DNA of 60,153 bases, filler included. It is 8 parts of 8 records of this genome, joined end to end, with 100 filler letters (N's around TTAATTAATTAA, not from the genome) between each part and the next. Parts side by side here need not be neighbours in the genome. Positions count along the whole stretch, not along the records: positions 20,547 to 27,237 come from SRR31147125_52672; positions 27,338 to 41,411 come from SRR31147125_52690; 6 more parts are not named here. One strand, given 5' to 3'. The notes under the pieces were generated by a model that saw only the letters and a program-made list of their open reading frames with translations, made no database searches and was not told where the DNA came from. Each line of letters opens with the position of its first letter. Positions within the stretch are counted from its first letter, which is position 1. Below, piece after piece: positions 20,574 through 30,749 of the stretch. The position numbers and the translations under genes were made by a program.

Positions 20574-21494
20574 GTGCCATCGATGAAGTACGAAAAAGTC
20601 GCGGTGCTCATGGGCGGACTCTCCGCCGAGCGTGAAATATCCCTGGCCGGCGGTGAAGCGATTGCGAAAGGCCTGGAGCAGGCGGGCTACACGGTCATGA
20701 GGGTGGATGTGAGTCGAAGGCTGGATGTGGATCTGCGAAAACTGGAGCCGGACGCTGCCTTCATAGCCCTCCACGGTCGCTGGGGGGAAGACGGCACCGT
20801 CCAGGGGATGCTCGAGATAATGGGAATTCCGTACACGGGCTCCTCACCCGCGGCGTCTGCCCTGGCCATGGACAAAGCTCGCTCGAGGGACGTGCTCATC
20901 GCGGCGGGTCTCCCGGTGGCCCCGGGCTATGTGGTTACCGATAGAGCAGACTCGACCCTGAAAAACGGGCTTCGCTTCCCGGTGGTGGTCAAGCCCGTGG
21001 ACGAAGGTTCCTCGGTGGGAGTCAGCATCGTGCGTAACCAGGGGGATTTCGACAAGGCCCTGGAACAAGCACTCGAGGGTTCGAGCCGGGCTCTGGTGGA
21101 AAGGTACGTGGAGGGGGCGGAGGTTCAGGTGGCGGTGCTGGACGGCGTAGCCCTGGGCTCGGTGGAAATCCAGGCGCGAGGTGAATTCTACGATTACGAC
21201 TCCAAGTACGCCCCCGGGGGCTCGGTGCACCATGTTCCGGCGCGAATAAGCGAAAAGGACGAAGCCGAGGTGCGTTCCCTGGCGGTGGCGACCTTCAACC
21301 AACTGGGGTGCGCGGGGGCTACCCGGGTGGACATGATGCTGCCCAAAGGGGGAGAGCCCGTAATCCTTGAACTCAACACAATCCCGGGAATGACCGAGAC
21401 CAGCCTCCTGCCCGAGATCGCAGCCCATGCGGGCCTATCTTTCAGTCAACTGGTTTCCAAAATAGTAGAGGGAGCCAAGCTCCACGTGGGTTAG
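20574..21494 (+). CDS. ddl: D-alanine--D-alanine ligase
   Basis: GGLSAEREISL, LHGRWGEDGTVQG, EGSSVG, FYDYDSKY, ELNTIPGMT. Confidence 0.96.
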   Translation: MPSMKYEKVAVLMGGLSAEREISLAGGEAIAKGLEQAGYTVMRVDVSRRLDVDLRKLEPDAAFIALHGRWGEDGTVQGMLEIMGIPYTGSSPAASALAMDKARSRDVLIAAGLPVAPGYVVTDRADSTLKNGLRFPVVVKPVDEGSSVGVSIVRNQGDFDKALEQALEGSSRALVERYVEGAEVQVAVLDGVALGSVEIQARGEFYDYDSKYAPGGSVHHVPARISEKDEAEVRSLAVATFNQLGCAGATRVDMMLPKGGEPVILELNTIPGMTETSLLPEIAAHAGLSFSQLVSKIVEGAKLHVG

Positions 21495-22057
21495 CCGGCG
21501 TCTGTAGATGCGTCCGGGTCGGCTCCCCCGTCGGGGTCGGTGACCTGGGTGTCGGGATCACAGTAGCCCAGGGTGCCCGTGGTCTGACTCCAGGCTGAGT
21601 TGATACACTGATCGGTGCACTGGGAAGAGTCGCAGCAAAACTCCACACAAATCCCCGCTCCGGCGTCCCCTTCCACGAGGCAGGTGGCCCCGGGCCTGCA
21701 CCATGGGCCGTCAGTGGCGTGGCAAGGTTCACCGGGCTCTTCCGTGGCGTCGCTTAGGCACAGGAGGGTTGCTCCATTGCCATCGTCCCAGAAGTCGCAG
21801 GAGGTGTTGGCAGCTTCGCACCCCGGGTTTGAAGGTGGAGTGATGGAGGTGTCGGCTACGGGATCGCAGGGGAATGGGTTTTCACCTTGGCAGGGATCAC
21901 CCGTTACCGGAGGGTCGGTGCCCGCGTCCATGTCCGGGGAGATTCCCTCGCCAACATCCTTGTCGGACTCCTGATTGAACTCGGTAAGGGTGTTCTTGGA
22001 GCCGCAGCCAAGGACGAAAAGAGCCGACGAAACAAGTATCAATAGTCTGTTCAACAT
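21491..22057 (-). CDS. Cys-rich lipoprotein (Myxococcota-like)
   Basis: ATG 22057 MLNRLLILVSSALFVLG-C lipobox; many Cys; DAG-type acidic motifs. Confidence 0.72.
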   Translation of the reverse strand: MLNRLLILVSSALFVLGCGSKNTLTEFNQESDKDVGEGISPDMDAGTDPPVTGDPCQGENPFPCDPVADTSITPPSNPGCEAANTSCDFWDDGNGATLLCLSDATEEPGEPCHATDGPWCRPGATCLVEGDAGAGICVEFCCDSSQCTDQCINSAWSQTTGTLGYCDPDTQVTDPDGGADPDASTDAG

Positions 22058-22169
22058 AGACCAATCATTCTCTTCATTTCCCCGAGCCCCGAATCGAACC
22101 CGAGTCGCGGGCAGAATAACAGAGAAACGTACAGGTACAAGTATGTGTTGGGGAAAACGACATGTGCAC

Positions 22170-22209
22170 AAAAAAAAGCGGGGCGATCAGCCACCACACT
22201 GATCGCCCC
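22170..22209 (-). terminator. Intrinsic terminator
   Basis: 11-bp stem GGGGCGATCAG / CTGATCGCCCC followed by a T-run on the minus strand. Confidence 0.8.
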
Positions 22210-22411
22210 TAGAATCGAGGGAAAGAAATGCTGTGAGACATTGTTATTTTCCAGCAGCCAACCGGAACATTCATCTCACTATCAGCATACGTGGGTTCAG
22301 AGCCAACCAAGCTCTATTTGGGGAAAAGAAAATGTGTTTTATTTTACATTTCCCCAGACCCATATCCCTATACGGCTGTTTTTATTAAGACTTTAGAGAG
22401 AAAAGAAAAAA

Positions 22412-22828
22412 TCACAGAGAAAGGAGCTTCAATTTCATCAATTCCTTAACTTGTCCCACATCCTTCTTGGTCCTGACTTCCACCCTGGCAGGTTTTCCTT
22501 CCGGATACGCCTTGGCCTCCTGAATCTCAGAGATAAATTCCTGGGGTAATTTGCAGTGAACAAGCTCCTCCATGGCTTTCTTGTTGAGAGCCATCCCCAC
22601 CAGGAAACTCTTTTCGTGAGGAATCATATACAGCACGGATCTCTTCTTCTTCGAAACCTTGACCTGCCACCCGTGCTTCTTCCCGTAAAATTTCCACTCC
22701 ACCAATAGTCCCTTCTCCTCCTCGACCAGATTCAAAAGAGCCTTCCAGTGGGCATATGACCGACCCAGCAAATTTTGAAGATCTGCAAGAGTCGGTTGCA
22801 CACTTTTCTCAATGAAAAAACTGCTCAA
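22412..22828 (-). CDS. DUF3788-like protein
   Basis: EWKFYGKKHGWQVKVSKKKRSVLYMIP and YPEGK patterns. Confidence 0.7.
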   Translation of the reverse strand: MSSFFIEKSVQPTLADLQNLLGRSYAHWKALLNLVEEEKGLLVEWKFYGKKHGWQVKVSKKKRSVLYMIPHEKSFLVGMALNKKAMEELVHCKLPQEFISEIQEAKAYPEGKPARVEVRTKKDVGQVKELMKLKLLSL

Positions 22829-22849
22829 ATTCTCCCCCTTTCTTTTGCA

Positions 22850-25773
22850 TCAGAATAGCAACAGCAGCGGCCCCAGACCCAACCATCCAACCCCATCTAC
22901 GCCCACCATCTGACAGCCGCAGGATTCGGAGCCGGCAGAATCCCCACTCGAATCAACATCAGAATCGGCATCACTATCAGAATCAGAGTCAGTATCTGAG
23001 TCAGTATCTGAATCCCCATCGGAATCACTATCCGAGCCAGTATCGCTGTCGGTGTCTGTGTCTGTGTCTGTATCCGTGTCTGTGTCTGTATCCGTGTCTG
23101 TGTCCGCCGTTCCAGCGCAAACCCCACCGGAAATGCAAGCATCGTCAATGGTCCCAGCGTTTCCATCGTCACACTCGGTTCCCACTGGCAGGTTGGTCCA
23201 ATCCGTCTCGTCGATACCGGGAACACACTGCTGGCAAGACTCGACAGGATTCAATTCGCCGGAGTCGTATTCCACTGTGGCAATGGTGCACGTGTCGAGG
23301 GAAATCTGCCGAGCCCGCGCCCGATACGAACCCCCGTGGTATTTGGAGTAAAGAGCAATGTAGCTATCCCCGTCGGAAGCGAGGTCGAGATCACTGATCG
23401 AATAGTCATCAACATCAACGGGAAAACCACCGTAGTCTAAAATTTGCCCGTTCACTCCCCAGACTCGAGAGGCCTTCAGATCGAACCATTGATAAAAGGA
23501 CGGAGCCCCAACATCGCTCCATCCCACCATAAAGTCGACACCGTCAGAAGCGACCGAACAACCACCAACTTCTTTTGTTCCGTCCGTGAGTGGATCACCA
23601 TCTACGGTTCCTACTGCACCCGTCAGGCCATCAATCAATGTGCCGTACAAGCCGACAGGATTTTGACCGCCGTTTCGCCTGTCGAGCCAAGCGACATAGT
23701 AGTCCTTTCCGTTTGACGCGGCAGATGCATAGGATTGTTCACCAACAACAGTACAAATCGCAACGTCAGAGGAATCCAGAGCCGCTCCGGTTGTAGCATC
23801 GTAACGCCTGGAGAAGAGGTCATAATCAAAACCTCCAAATTCCCCCCATACCAGTAAGAAGTTGTCGCCGTTGGATGCGAGAGAGCGGGAAACTGTAGAG
23901 GCACTTCCTCCGGCGCCCAATGATGAAAAAGAGGAGGGATAAGAAGCCACACCTGTTATGGGGTCAACAAGAGCTCCCCGCAAATTTCCGCTGGAGAGAT
24001 CGGACCAGATCACCATGTAGCTGTCGTCACTTCCTGATACGCGATACCCGGTTGAAGAAGGTACTGTCGGCAAAGGCATGGCACCGCTGATGGAAATCGG
24101 CGTCGTATCGATCAACGTTCCAGTCGCTCCGTCAAATCTGATTCCCCAAACCTCGCAGGTGGAGGCCGGCGGGGCAGAGCTAAAACAATCGTCGTAAACG
24201 AAAAGAACATCACCTCCGCTTGAAGCCAAAGCAGCTTTTGCGTACCCCTCCGCAAACAGTAAACCCGCTGGATCCAGCACGTCCATTCCCGTAGGAGTTT
24301 CTTCCAAGCGAACCCCATACAAGTCGCCCTCACCGGGGACAGTTGCATCTCGTGTATCTTCCCAGGCAGCAAAGTACATGGCGGATCCATAAACGATTGA
24401 TGGTTCAAACTGGTTGTTGTTGCCCGGACTACCGACCTGAATAGGACTCGCATCCAAATGAATGCCGGTACCGGACTCCACCCTGGTGCCCCACAATCTG
24501 AACAATCCGCTTGGGTGTTCCTCGGCAGAAAAAAAGATGTAGTCGGTCCCATTGGAAGAAACCGATGTATCCATCCACCAACTGGCACCGGAAATTGGAG
24601 CTGGGCTTCCTGAAAGAATTAAACCCGTCTGGGCGTCGATTTCCATCCAAACCCTATCCAGATTCGGAAACACGGCGGGAGACTGTAGTAGGAAATGAAC
24701 AAAGTAGTCTGTGCCGTTTGAGGCCATTCGAATATTCCAGACATCTTCAGCTCCTGTCCAAAAGGCCAAGCCCACCGGATTTGAGAGGGTACCATCTGAA
24801 GGCTCTATGAATGTTCCATAGATATCGTTGGAAGTAGTACTTCTGTTGTCCATCCACAACACAAGGTAGTTAGTGCCGTTAGATGCCAAGGAGGGCTTGT
24901 AATGTATGCTAGTGGGATGAGTGCAGACTTCAATTCCTGCACTGTCGAGCACAGTTCCCGTGTTGCCCTCTACCCTAACCGCTATAAGATCAGCGTTGGA
25001 TACCCACAAAGCCAGGTAGTCCTGACCATCGCTTGCAAGCTGGACTTCATAGTCCAAAACGACATTGGAATTGAGCAGAAACCCATTGGGATCAACAACC
25101 GCTCCCATATCTCCGTTCACTCTAGCACCGAACACGTCCAGCTCAGAAGTCGATGAGTTCCTTGCATCCACCCAAGCTACGAAAAAATTACTCCCGTTGG
25201 AAGCAACTGCAGTGGACCTCCAATACGTGCGATATCTAAAGTCAAAAGTATTGATGTCCTGGGGCGCGTCACTAATCAAAATAGGAGTGCTATCGAGCAC
25301 CGTTCCCGAGGAGCTGACACGCCTACCGAGTACTCGCATTGATTGAGTTGAAGTTGATGGGATGTTTTCGAACTGCTGCCAAACAACCAAATATCTTGTG
25401 CCATCAAAAGCAACCGATGGATTGGGCGCCATCATCCCGTCAGGTGTTGTGCAATCAGCTACCTGAATCGCATAAGGGTCCAACACCACACCAGATGAAG
25501 ATATCCTGACTGCTTCAATACGACACCCACTTTTATAACTGGAAGGATGAGACAGAGCTGTATCTGCCCACACCAGCAAGTAGTCAGTCCCGTCCGAAGC
25601 TATGGCGGGATTCAGCTGTGCTATTCCCCCGTGTCCGGAACCGGAGTATCCATTCCAAATTCAGCCCCTACAGATGGGATCGTGGCAGCGGAGGCTTTGT
25701 TTCCCAAGGAGCAGATCAGACAGGCAACGAAAACGCAGAATACGGAAACAGTGAAGCTATATGGTCTCGACAT
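22850..25773 (-). CDS. Large surface protein: signal peptide, 14 propeller-type repeats, Cys-rich domain, DT/DS stalk, CGC plus hydrophobic C-terminal sorting signal
   Basis: ATG 25773 gives a signal peptide (…NKASA-AT) that joins ORF 22850-25579 on adding one G at run 25626-25630; ASxGxxYxxxW repeats; SCGC...GWLGLG tail. Confidence 0.8.
22945..23105 (-). repeat. Coding 6-nt-period repeat (Asp-Thr / Asp-Ser dipeptides)
   Basis: TGTGTC/TGTATC/CGTGTC and ATCAGA-type hexamers on the plus strand encode DTDTDT...DSDSDS. Confidence 0.9.
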
Positions 25774-25898
25774 GTCTTCTCCCAAGCTATCGAACTATCT
25801 CACACAACAAATCGAACAACGAAGAAGATAGTATTTGGGAACCGACTTGGTTGCAACCGCAGGCCAGCACTTTAGGTGTATATAGTGCTTTGAGCGCT

Positions 25899-27237
25899 CT
25901 ACTCGTCCACCTTGTAGTTGTCCGCCTCCACCTCTCGTTCGGGCAGGAGGGCCAGGGCGTCGGCCAGGGATTGGGGCCAGGCGAATCTGAGGGCCACGTT
26001 GCGGTCTTCCGGATCGCCGGAACCGTCTTTTCCACCGCCGCTTTGAACGTCGAAGAGGGTGTAGAAGCGGCCACCTTCAACCACCTGGAAGTCGGAGGGG
26101 ATCTGGAAATCGAGCATTGTGCACAGGATGTCCCCGGTGCCGTCCCGGTTGTCGACAACTTCGATGAGTCTAGTCTGCTGGGGCCAGTCGATGATGGCGG
26201 AGGTTTCGATTTCCCAGTAGCCGTGCTCGGGGCCGTAGCCGTCGGGAGCGGGTCGGGGAGTAATGCGGTTGCGGTGGGTGTGGCCGCCGATGTGAGCAAC
26301 AACGTTGGGGTACTCGTTCAAAAGGCCGATGAACCCCTCCGCTTCAGTGTCGTCATCTATGCTGTTGCCCGTGTGATGGCTGGCCACCACCACGATCTTT
26401 TCTTGAGCCTGGGCCTCCATGAGGCGAGCTTCCAGCCACAGTTCGATATTGCTGGTGAATGTCCCCCATTGTCCTGAATTGGAAACCATATCCAGAACGA
26501 TGAGCCGGGAGGGGATTCCCTGAGCCACATCGTCCACTACATAACTGCCGAAGTCCTGGTGCAAACTGCTGGCGCTGTAACCGTGGCCGTCGGGCTCGGT
26601 GAACGTGCCGAAGTGCCCGTCCATCCACTCGAAGTTGCCGATGAAAGCCCGATCGGAATCGGGAATCACAGTATTGCTTGTGTACTCGGTCTTGGGCGGC
26701 AGGTAGCATCTGGCCGGCACGGGGCTCTCATCTGCATACCAGGGGTTGTCAAGGCATGTGGGGATCACCGCTTTTGAGAGGGCCGAAGTGGTGCTCCCGG
26801 TGGGGTTGGCGAGCATCCAGGCCAGCAAAGGCCCGTTCCCCAGCTCCAGCAAGTCGTGGTTCCCCGCCACCGTGAACCAAGGAACCTCCGGGTCCAAACC
26901 CTCCGCTTGATACGCATCGTGGGGGTCGTTCTCCGCTCCCGGGATAGGATCATCGTCGTCTCCCGAGTCCGGGTGCACAACTTCTCCGTCCATGGTGCCC
27001 AGGTACCAGTCGAGTTCGTTGGTGTGGATGTTGTCGATCATGTCCCCGGTGAGAAGGGTCATGTCGAAGGGCCTGAAGTAGGCCAGCTCATTGGCGGTGC
27101 GAATGGACGCCTCCAAGAGGTGTGCGCTCCAGGCCTCCTGCAAGCGATAGGCTGACTCCTCGTAGAAATCGCCGTTGATGAGCCGGGCGGGGGATTCCTC
27201 GTCCACAATCTGGGTGTCGGTGACATGCCAGATGTAA
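25899..27237 (-). CDS. Calcineurin-like metallophosphoesterase (5'-partial)
   Basis: HVTDTQIVDEESP, TGDMIDN, GNHD, ASHH, GHTH motifs. Confidence 0.88.
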
Positions 27238-27337
27238 NNNNNNNNNNNNNNNNNNNNNNNNNNNNNNNNNNNNNNNNNNNNTTAATTAATTAANNNNNNN
27301 NNNNNNNNNNNNNNNNNNNNNNNNNNNNNNNNNNNNN
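27238..27337. other. Artificial contig spacer 4
   Basis: N44-TTAATTAATTAA-N44. Confidence 0.98.
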
Positions 27338-27819
27338 GGGGAGCGTCACATGTGATCGTGACATCCTGGGTGTTCAGGGATGGTGCAATTGATTTCACCC
27401 GTCTCGAATCGCTGGTGAAAAAAATCGGTAAAGACAGGCTGGTGCTTGATCTGAGCTGTCGACGGGTCGAAGATCGCTACCGCATCGTGACTGATCGCTG
27501 GCAGAAGTTCACCAGTGTCGTTGTCAACGCGGAGACGCTGGGGGAGCTGAGCCGTTATTGTGACGAGTTTTTGATCCATGCCGCTGATGTCGAAGGAAAA
27601 TGTGCGGGGATAGAGCATGACCTGGTGGCCGAACTCGGAACCATTGATACGATCCCTGTCACCTATGCAGGGGGAGTGCGTGATCTTGACGATCTCGAGA
27701 CCGTCAAGAGGGTCGGGCAGGACCGCCTCGATGCGACAATCGGCAGCAGTCTCGATATCTTCGGCGGTACATCGATTACCTACCGGCAGGCGGTCGACTT
27801 CCATCACAGCAACCGGTGA
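27338..27819 (+). CDS. hisA: ProFAR isomerase HisA, His6-like type (5'-partial)
   Basis: GASHVIVTSWVF, LVLDLSCRR, EFLIHAADVEG, PVTYAGG, DATIGSSLDIFGG. Confidence 0.9.
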
Positions 27820-27822
27820 GCG

Positions 27823-28026
27823 GTGATGGGTGATACAGGCGGGTGCAATTCCGGGATCGGTGAAAAATCCGCACAGCAGCTCAGCGAAATAAAACTGCAG
27901 GTACCGGAAGACCTGGCCAGGGCCTGGCAGCGTTGTTCATGGCTGCTAGTTCAGGAGAGCGGAAAATCACGACTGCAATCCATGGAAGAGATGGTCCGCG
28001 ATTTTCTGATCAAGCACGGATGCTGA
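27823..28026 (+). CDS. Small hypothetical protein, possible ribbon-helix-helix
   Basis: IKLQVPEDL followed by two helices; 3 nt after the hisA stop. Confidence 0.5.
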   Translation: MMGDTGGCNSGIGEKSAQQLSEIKLQVPEDLARAWQRCSWLLVQESGKSRLQSMEEMVRDFLIKHGC

Positions 28027-28238
28027 TGCTCAGAGCCGCGCATTTCGGCGTCAAGCGGGGACCTGCCACTGGCTGCAGGTGGATAAAAAAACATCCATCA
28101 ATTTGAGTTATCCTTGACACAAGAATATTAGAAATGGTAGGTAATGTGTTATTGTACAGAATAGGTGAGTAAACTATTGGAGTAATTCCATGCACCTAAT
28201 GAGGAACAACAGAACAATATCAGCGTTTATCGGAATAC

Positions 28239-28709
28239 ATGCGGCACGCCTTCGCACTTTCACTTCTGCTCTGCTTCTTCTGGCTGGTTAATTCCGGGCA
28301 CTACACACCGTTGCTCCTTTTCTTCATGGTGGTATCAGTCTGCTTTGTCGTCGCGCTGAGTCACTATATGGACGTTGTGGACGGTGAGGCGCAGCCGCTG
28401 CACATCACCTTCCGGCTGCCGGTATACATTATCTGGCTCGCCGGAGAAGTATTCAAGGCCAATATCATGGTTTCGAAGTGCGTCTGGCAGGGCGCCGACT
28501 CGATCAGTCCCCGCACTATCCGGGTGGATGCGAGCCAGAAGACCGATGTCGGTCTGGTGATTTACGCCAACTCGATAACGCTGACACCGGGCACGGTCTC
28601 CATCGACCTGGAGGGCAGCCAGATTGTCGTGCACGCGCTCAACGCTGCATCGGAGGAGGACCTGCTCACCGGGGAAATGGACCGCCGGGTTTGTAAGGTG
28701 GAAGGATGA
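28239..28709 (+). CDS. mrpE: Mrp/Mnh Na+/H+ antiporter subunit E
   Basis: YANSITLTPGTVS and VHAL motifs. Confidence 0.93.
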   Translation: MRHAFALSLLLCFFWLVNSGHYTPLLLFFMVVSVCFVVALSHYMDVVDGEAQPLHITFRLPVYIIWLAGEVFKANIMVSKCVWQGADSISPRTIRVDASQKTDVGLVIYANSITLTPGTVSIDLEGSQIVVHALNAASEEDLLTGEMDRRVCKVEG

Positions 28710-28981
28710 TGTACGCGATAACCGCATTGACGCTACTGGTGGTGATGGCCCTTGCACTGGCCAGGGCGTTTTCCGGGCCGACGCTTTACGACCGTATCCT
28801 CGCAGTTAACAATTTCGGCACCAAGACGGTGCTGCTCATCGCGGTGATGGATTTCCTGTCCGGGCGTCCGGACTTCCTCGATATCGCGATCGTCTACGCG
28901 TTGATCAATTTCATCTCCATTATCGGTGTCCTGAGGTTCTTCGAGTATGCCCAGCAGAAAACGGTGGAGCAGGCCGAGTGA
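28706..28981 (+). CDS. mrpF: Mrp/Mnh antiporter subunit F
   Basis: GPTLYDRILA, DIAIVYALINF; three TM segments. Confidence 0.92.
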   Translation: MMYAITALTLLVVMALALARAFSGPTLYDRILAVNNFGTKTVLLIAVMDFLSGRPDFLDIAIVYALINFISIIGVLRFFEYAQQKTVEQAE

Positions 28982-29330
28982 TGGATATTGCACTTGATAT
29001 AATCAGCTGGGTGTGTCTGATCACCGGCAGTTTCTTCTGTCTGACCGGCGGCATCGGGCTGATCCGCTTCCCCGAATTTTTTCGCGGATCCATGCCGCCT
29101 CTCTGACCGACACACTCGGGGCCAGCCTGATCCTGATCGGCCTGATGTTCCAGGCCGGGATCAGCCTGACCCTGGCCAAGCTGATCATGATCCTGATTCT
29201 TTCCCTGATCGCCGGGACTACGGCCAGTCACGCGATGGCGAAAGCCGCGCTGAAGAGCGGTATGTGCCCGCTCGATCAGGTCGACCGGAGTGCTGAAGGG
29301 TCGGTCAAATCTTACAAGGACAAGGGGTAG
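28981..29330 (+). CDS. mrpG: Mrp/Mnh antiporter subunit G (frameshift in T-run ~29077-29082)
   Basis: ATG 28981 ...GGIGLIRFPEFF joins SRIHAASLTDTLG...ASHAMAKAA on adding one T. Confidence 0.88.
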
Positions 29331-29331
29331 C

Positions 29332-30327
29332 ATGGAAACACTGATAGATTTCGTGCTGCTGAGTTTTCTCGTGCTGACCGCGCTCGCGGTCGCGAAGATG
29401 AACGACCTGTTCGCGGTCGTCATGCTCTCGGGGATTTACAGCCTCCTTTCGGCGAGCCTGTTTCTCGATCTCGACGCGGTCGATGTTGCGTTTACCGAGG
29501 CATCGGTGGGGGCCGGTATTTCGACGCTGCTGTTTCTCGCGTCACTGAAACTGGTCGGCCGGTACGAGAAGCGCACCCGCTATCGACCGATGCTCGCGCT
29601 GGGGGTCGTGCTCGCCACCGGCACCCTGCTCATATACGGAACGCTCGACATGCCGCATTTCGGGGCAGCCGATGCACCGGTGCACCAACACGTTGCGCCT
29701 CGCTACCTTGAAGATTCAAAAACCGAAATTGGCGTTCCCAACGTGGTGACGTCCGTGCTGGCGAGTTACCGAGGCTACGACACTCTCGGAGAGACCCTCG
29801 TTATCTTTACCGCCGGAATTGGCGTTACGTCGCTGCTCCGGGTTTCCAGGCGGACCAAACGGGAAGAACGGGGTAAAGTACCGGCGGACATGCAGCAGCA
29901 GATTATCCTTCGGGTCGTGGCGAAATGGATGCTGCCGCTGATCATGGTTTTTGCACTGTATGTCCAGTTTCACGGGGACTACGGACCGGGTGGCGGATTT
30001 CAAGCCGGAGTAATATTTGCCGCCGGAGTAATCCTCTACACGATGCTCTACGGCCTGAGTACCACCCGGAAGGTCTTCCGTCGCGAGATGCTGGAGTATC
30101 TCGCCGCAGGCGGCGTCCTGCTTTATGCCGGGGTGGGGCTGGTCTGTATGTTCCTGGGCGGCAATTTCCTCGACTACAATGTGCTCAGGCATGACCCGGT
30201 GCACGGGCAGCATCTCGGAATCCTGTTGGTCGAACTTGGTGTCGGCATCACGGTTGCGACGGTGATGATGACCATCTTCTTCAAGTTCACCTGGCGTACG
30301 GTCAAACACAAGTATTTCATCAAATGA
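29332..30327 (+). CDS. mrpB: Mrp subunit B fused to the MrpA C-terminal (DUF4040-like) domain
   Basis: AVDVAFTEASVGAG, NVVTSVLASYRGYDTLGE, HGDYGPGGGFQAG. Confidence 0.88.
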   Translation: METLIDFVLLSFLVLTALAVAKMNDLFAVVMLSGIYSLLSASLFLDLDAVDVAFTEASVGAGISTLLFLASLKLVGRYEKRTRYRPMLALGVVLATGTLLIYGTLDMPHFGAADAPVHQHVAPRYLEDSKTEIGVPNVVTSVLASYRGYDTLGETLVIFTAGIGVTSLLRVSRRTKREERGKVPADMQQQIILRVVAKWMLPLIMVFALYVQFHGDYGPGGGFQAGVIFAAGVILYTMLYGLSTTRKVFRREMLEYLAAGGVLLYAGVGLVCMFLGGNFLDYNVLRHDPVHGQHLGILLVELGVGITVATVMMTIFFKFTWRTVKHKYFIK

Positions 30328-30749
30328 ATCTGATAGGGCTCTATAACTACTGGATCGTAGTCGTGCTGATGATGATCGGTTTTTATGTCGTCATCGCGCA
30401 TGAAAATCTCATCAAGAAACTGGTGGGGCTCTCAATTTTCCAGACGTCAGTATTTTTCTTCTACATCAGTATGGGAAAGATAAGCGACGCGACCCCGCCG
30501 ATCCTGGATCCTCGGTTCGACCTCTACTCCAACCCGCTGCCCCATGTCCTGATACTCACCGCGATCGTCGTCGGCATCGCCACGACTGCTCTCGGCCTCG
30601 CACTGGTTGTCCGAATCCAGGAATCGTACGGGTCGATCGAGGAGTACGAGATCCAGACCCAGGATACGCAGGACCAGATGGAGAGTCAGCTGGAAGCCTA
30701 CGGGTTCAGGAAAAAACATGTCCTCTCCATCCAGAATCTAGACGAGTGA
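30324..30749 (+). CDS. mrpC: Mrp/Mnh antiporter subunit C
   Basis: NLIKKLVGL, NPLPHVLILTAIVVG. Confidence 0.93.
   Translation: MNLIGLYNYWIVVVLMMIGFYVVIAHENLIKKLVGLSIFQTSVFFFYISMGKISDATPPILDPRFDLYSNPLPHVLILTAIVVGIATTALGLALVVRIQESYGSIEEYEIQTQDTQDQMESQLEAYGFRKKHVLSIQNLDE

Noticed and set aside
22829-22852. TGA read-through fusing the propeller protein to the in-frame DUF3788 gene
   Set aside because: No SECIS-like hairpin or catalytic Cys context; DUF3788 has its own RBS; a G-run indel just upstream explains the odd tail equally well.
22945-23105. Tandem repeat as CRISPR array or non-coding VNTR
   Set aside because: Six-nt period with synonymous variation, no spacers, and it lies inside a CDS encoding DT/DS.
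6375-25773. Linking the CPBP protease of contig 1 to the CGC-tailed protein of contig 4
   Set aside because: They are on different contigs, separated by artificial spacers and apparently from different organisms.
27338-27819. His6-like (eukaryote-type) hisA as a recent transfer from a eukaryote
   Set aside because: This HisA subtype is already known in several bacterial groups, and the gene sits in an ordinary bacterial context.
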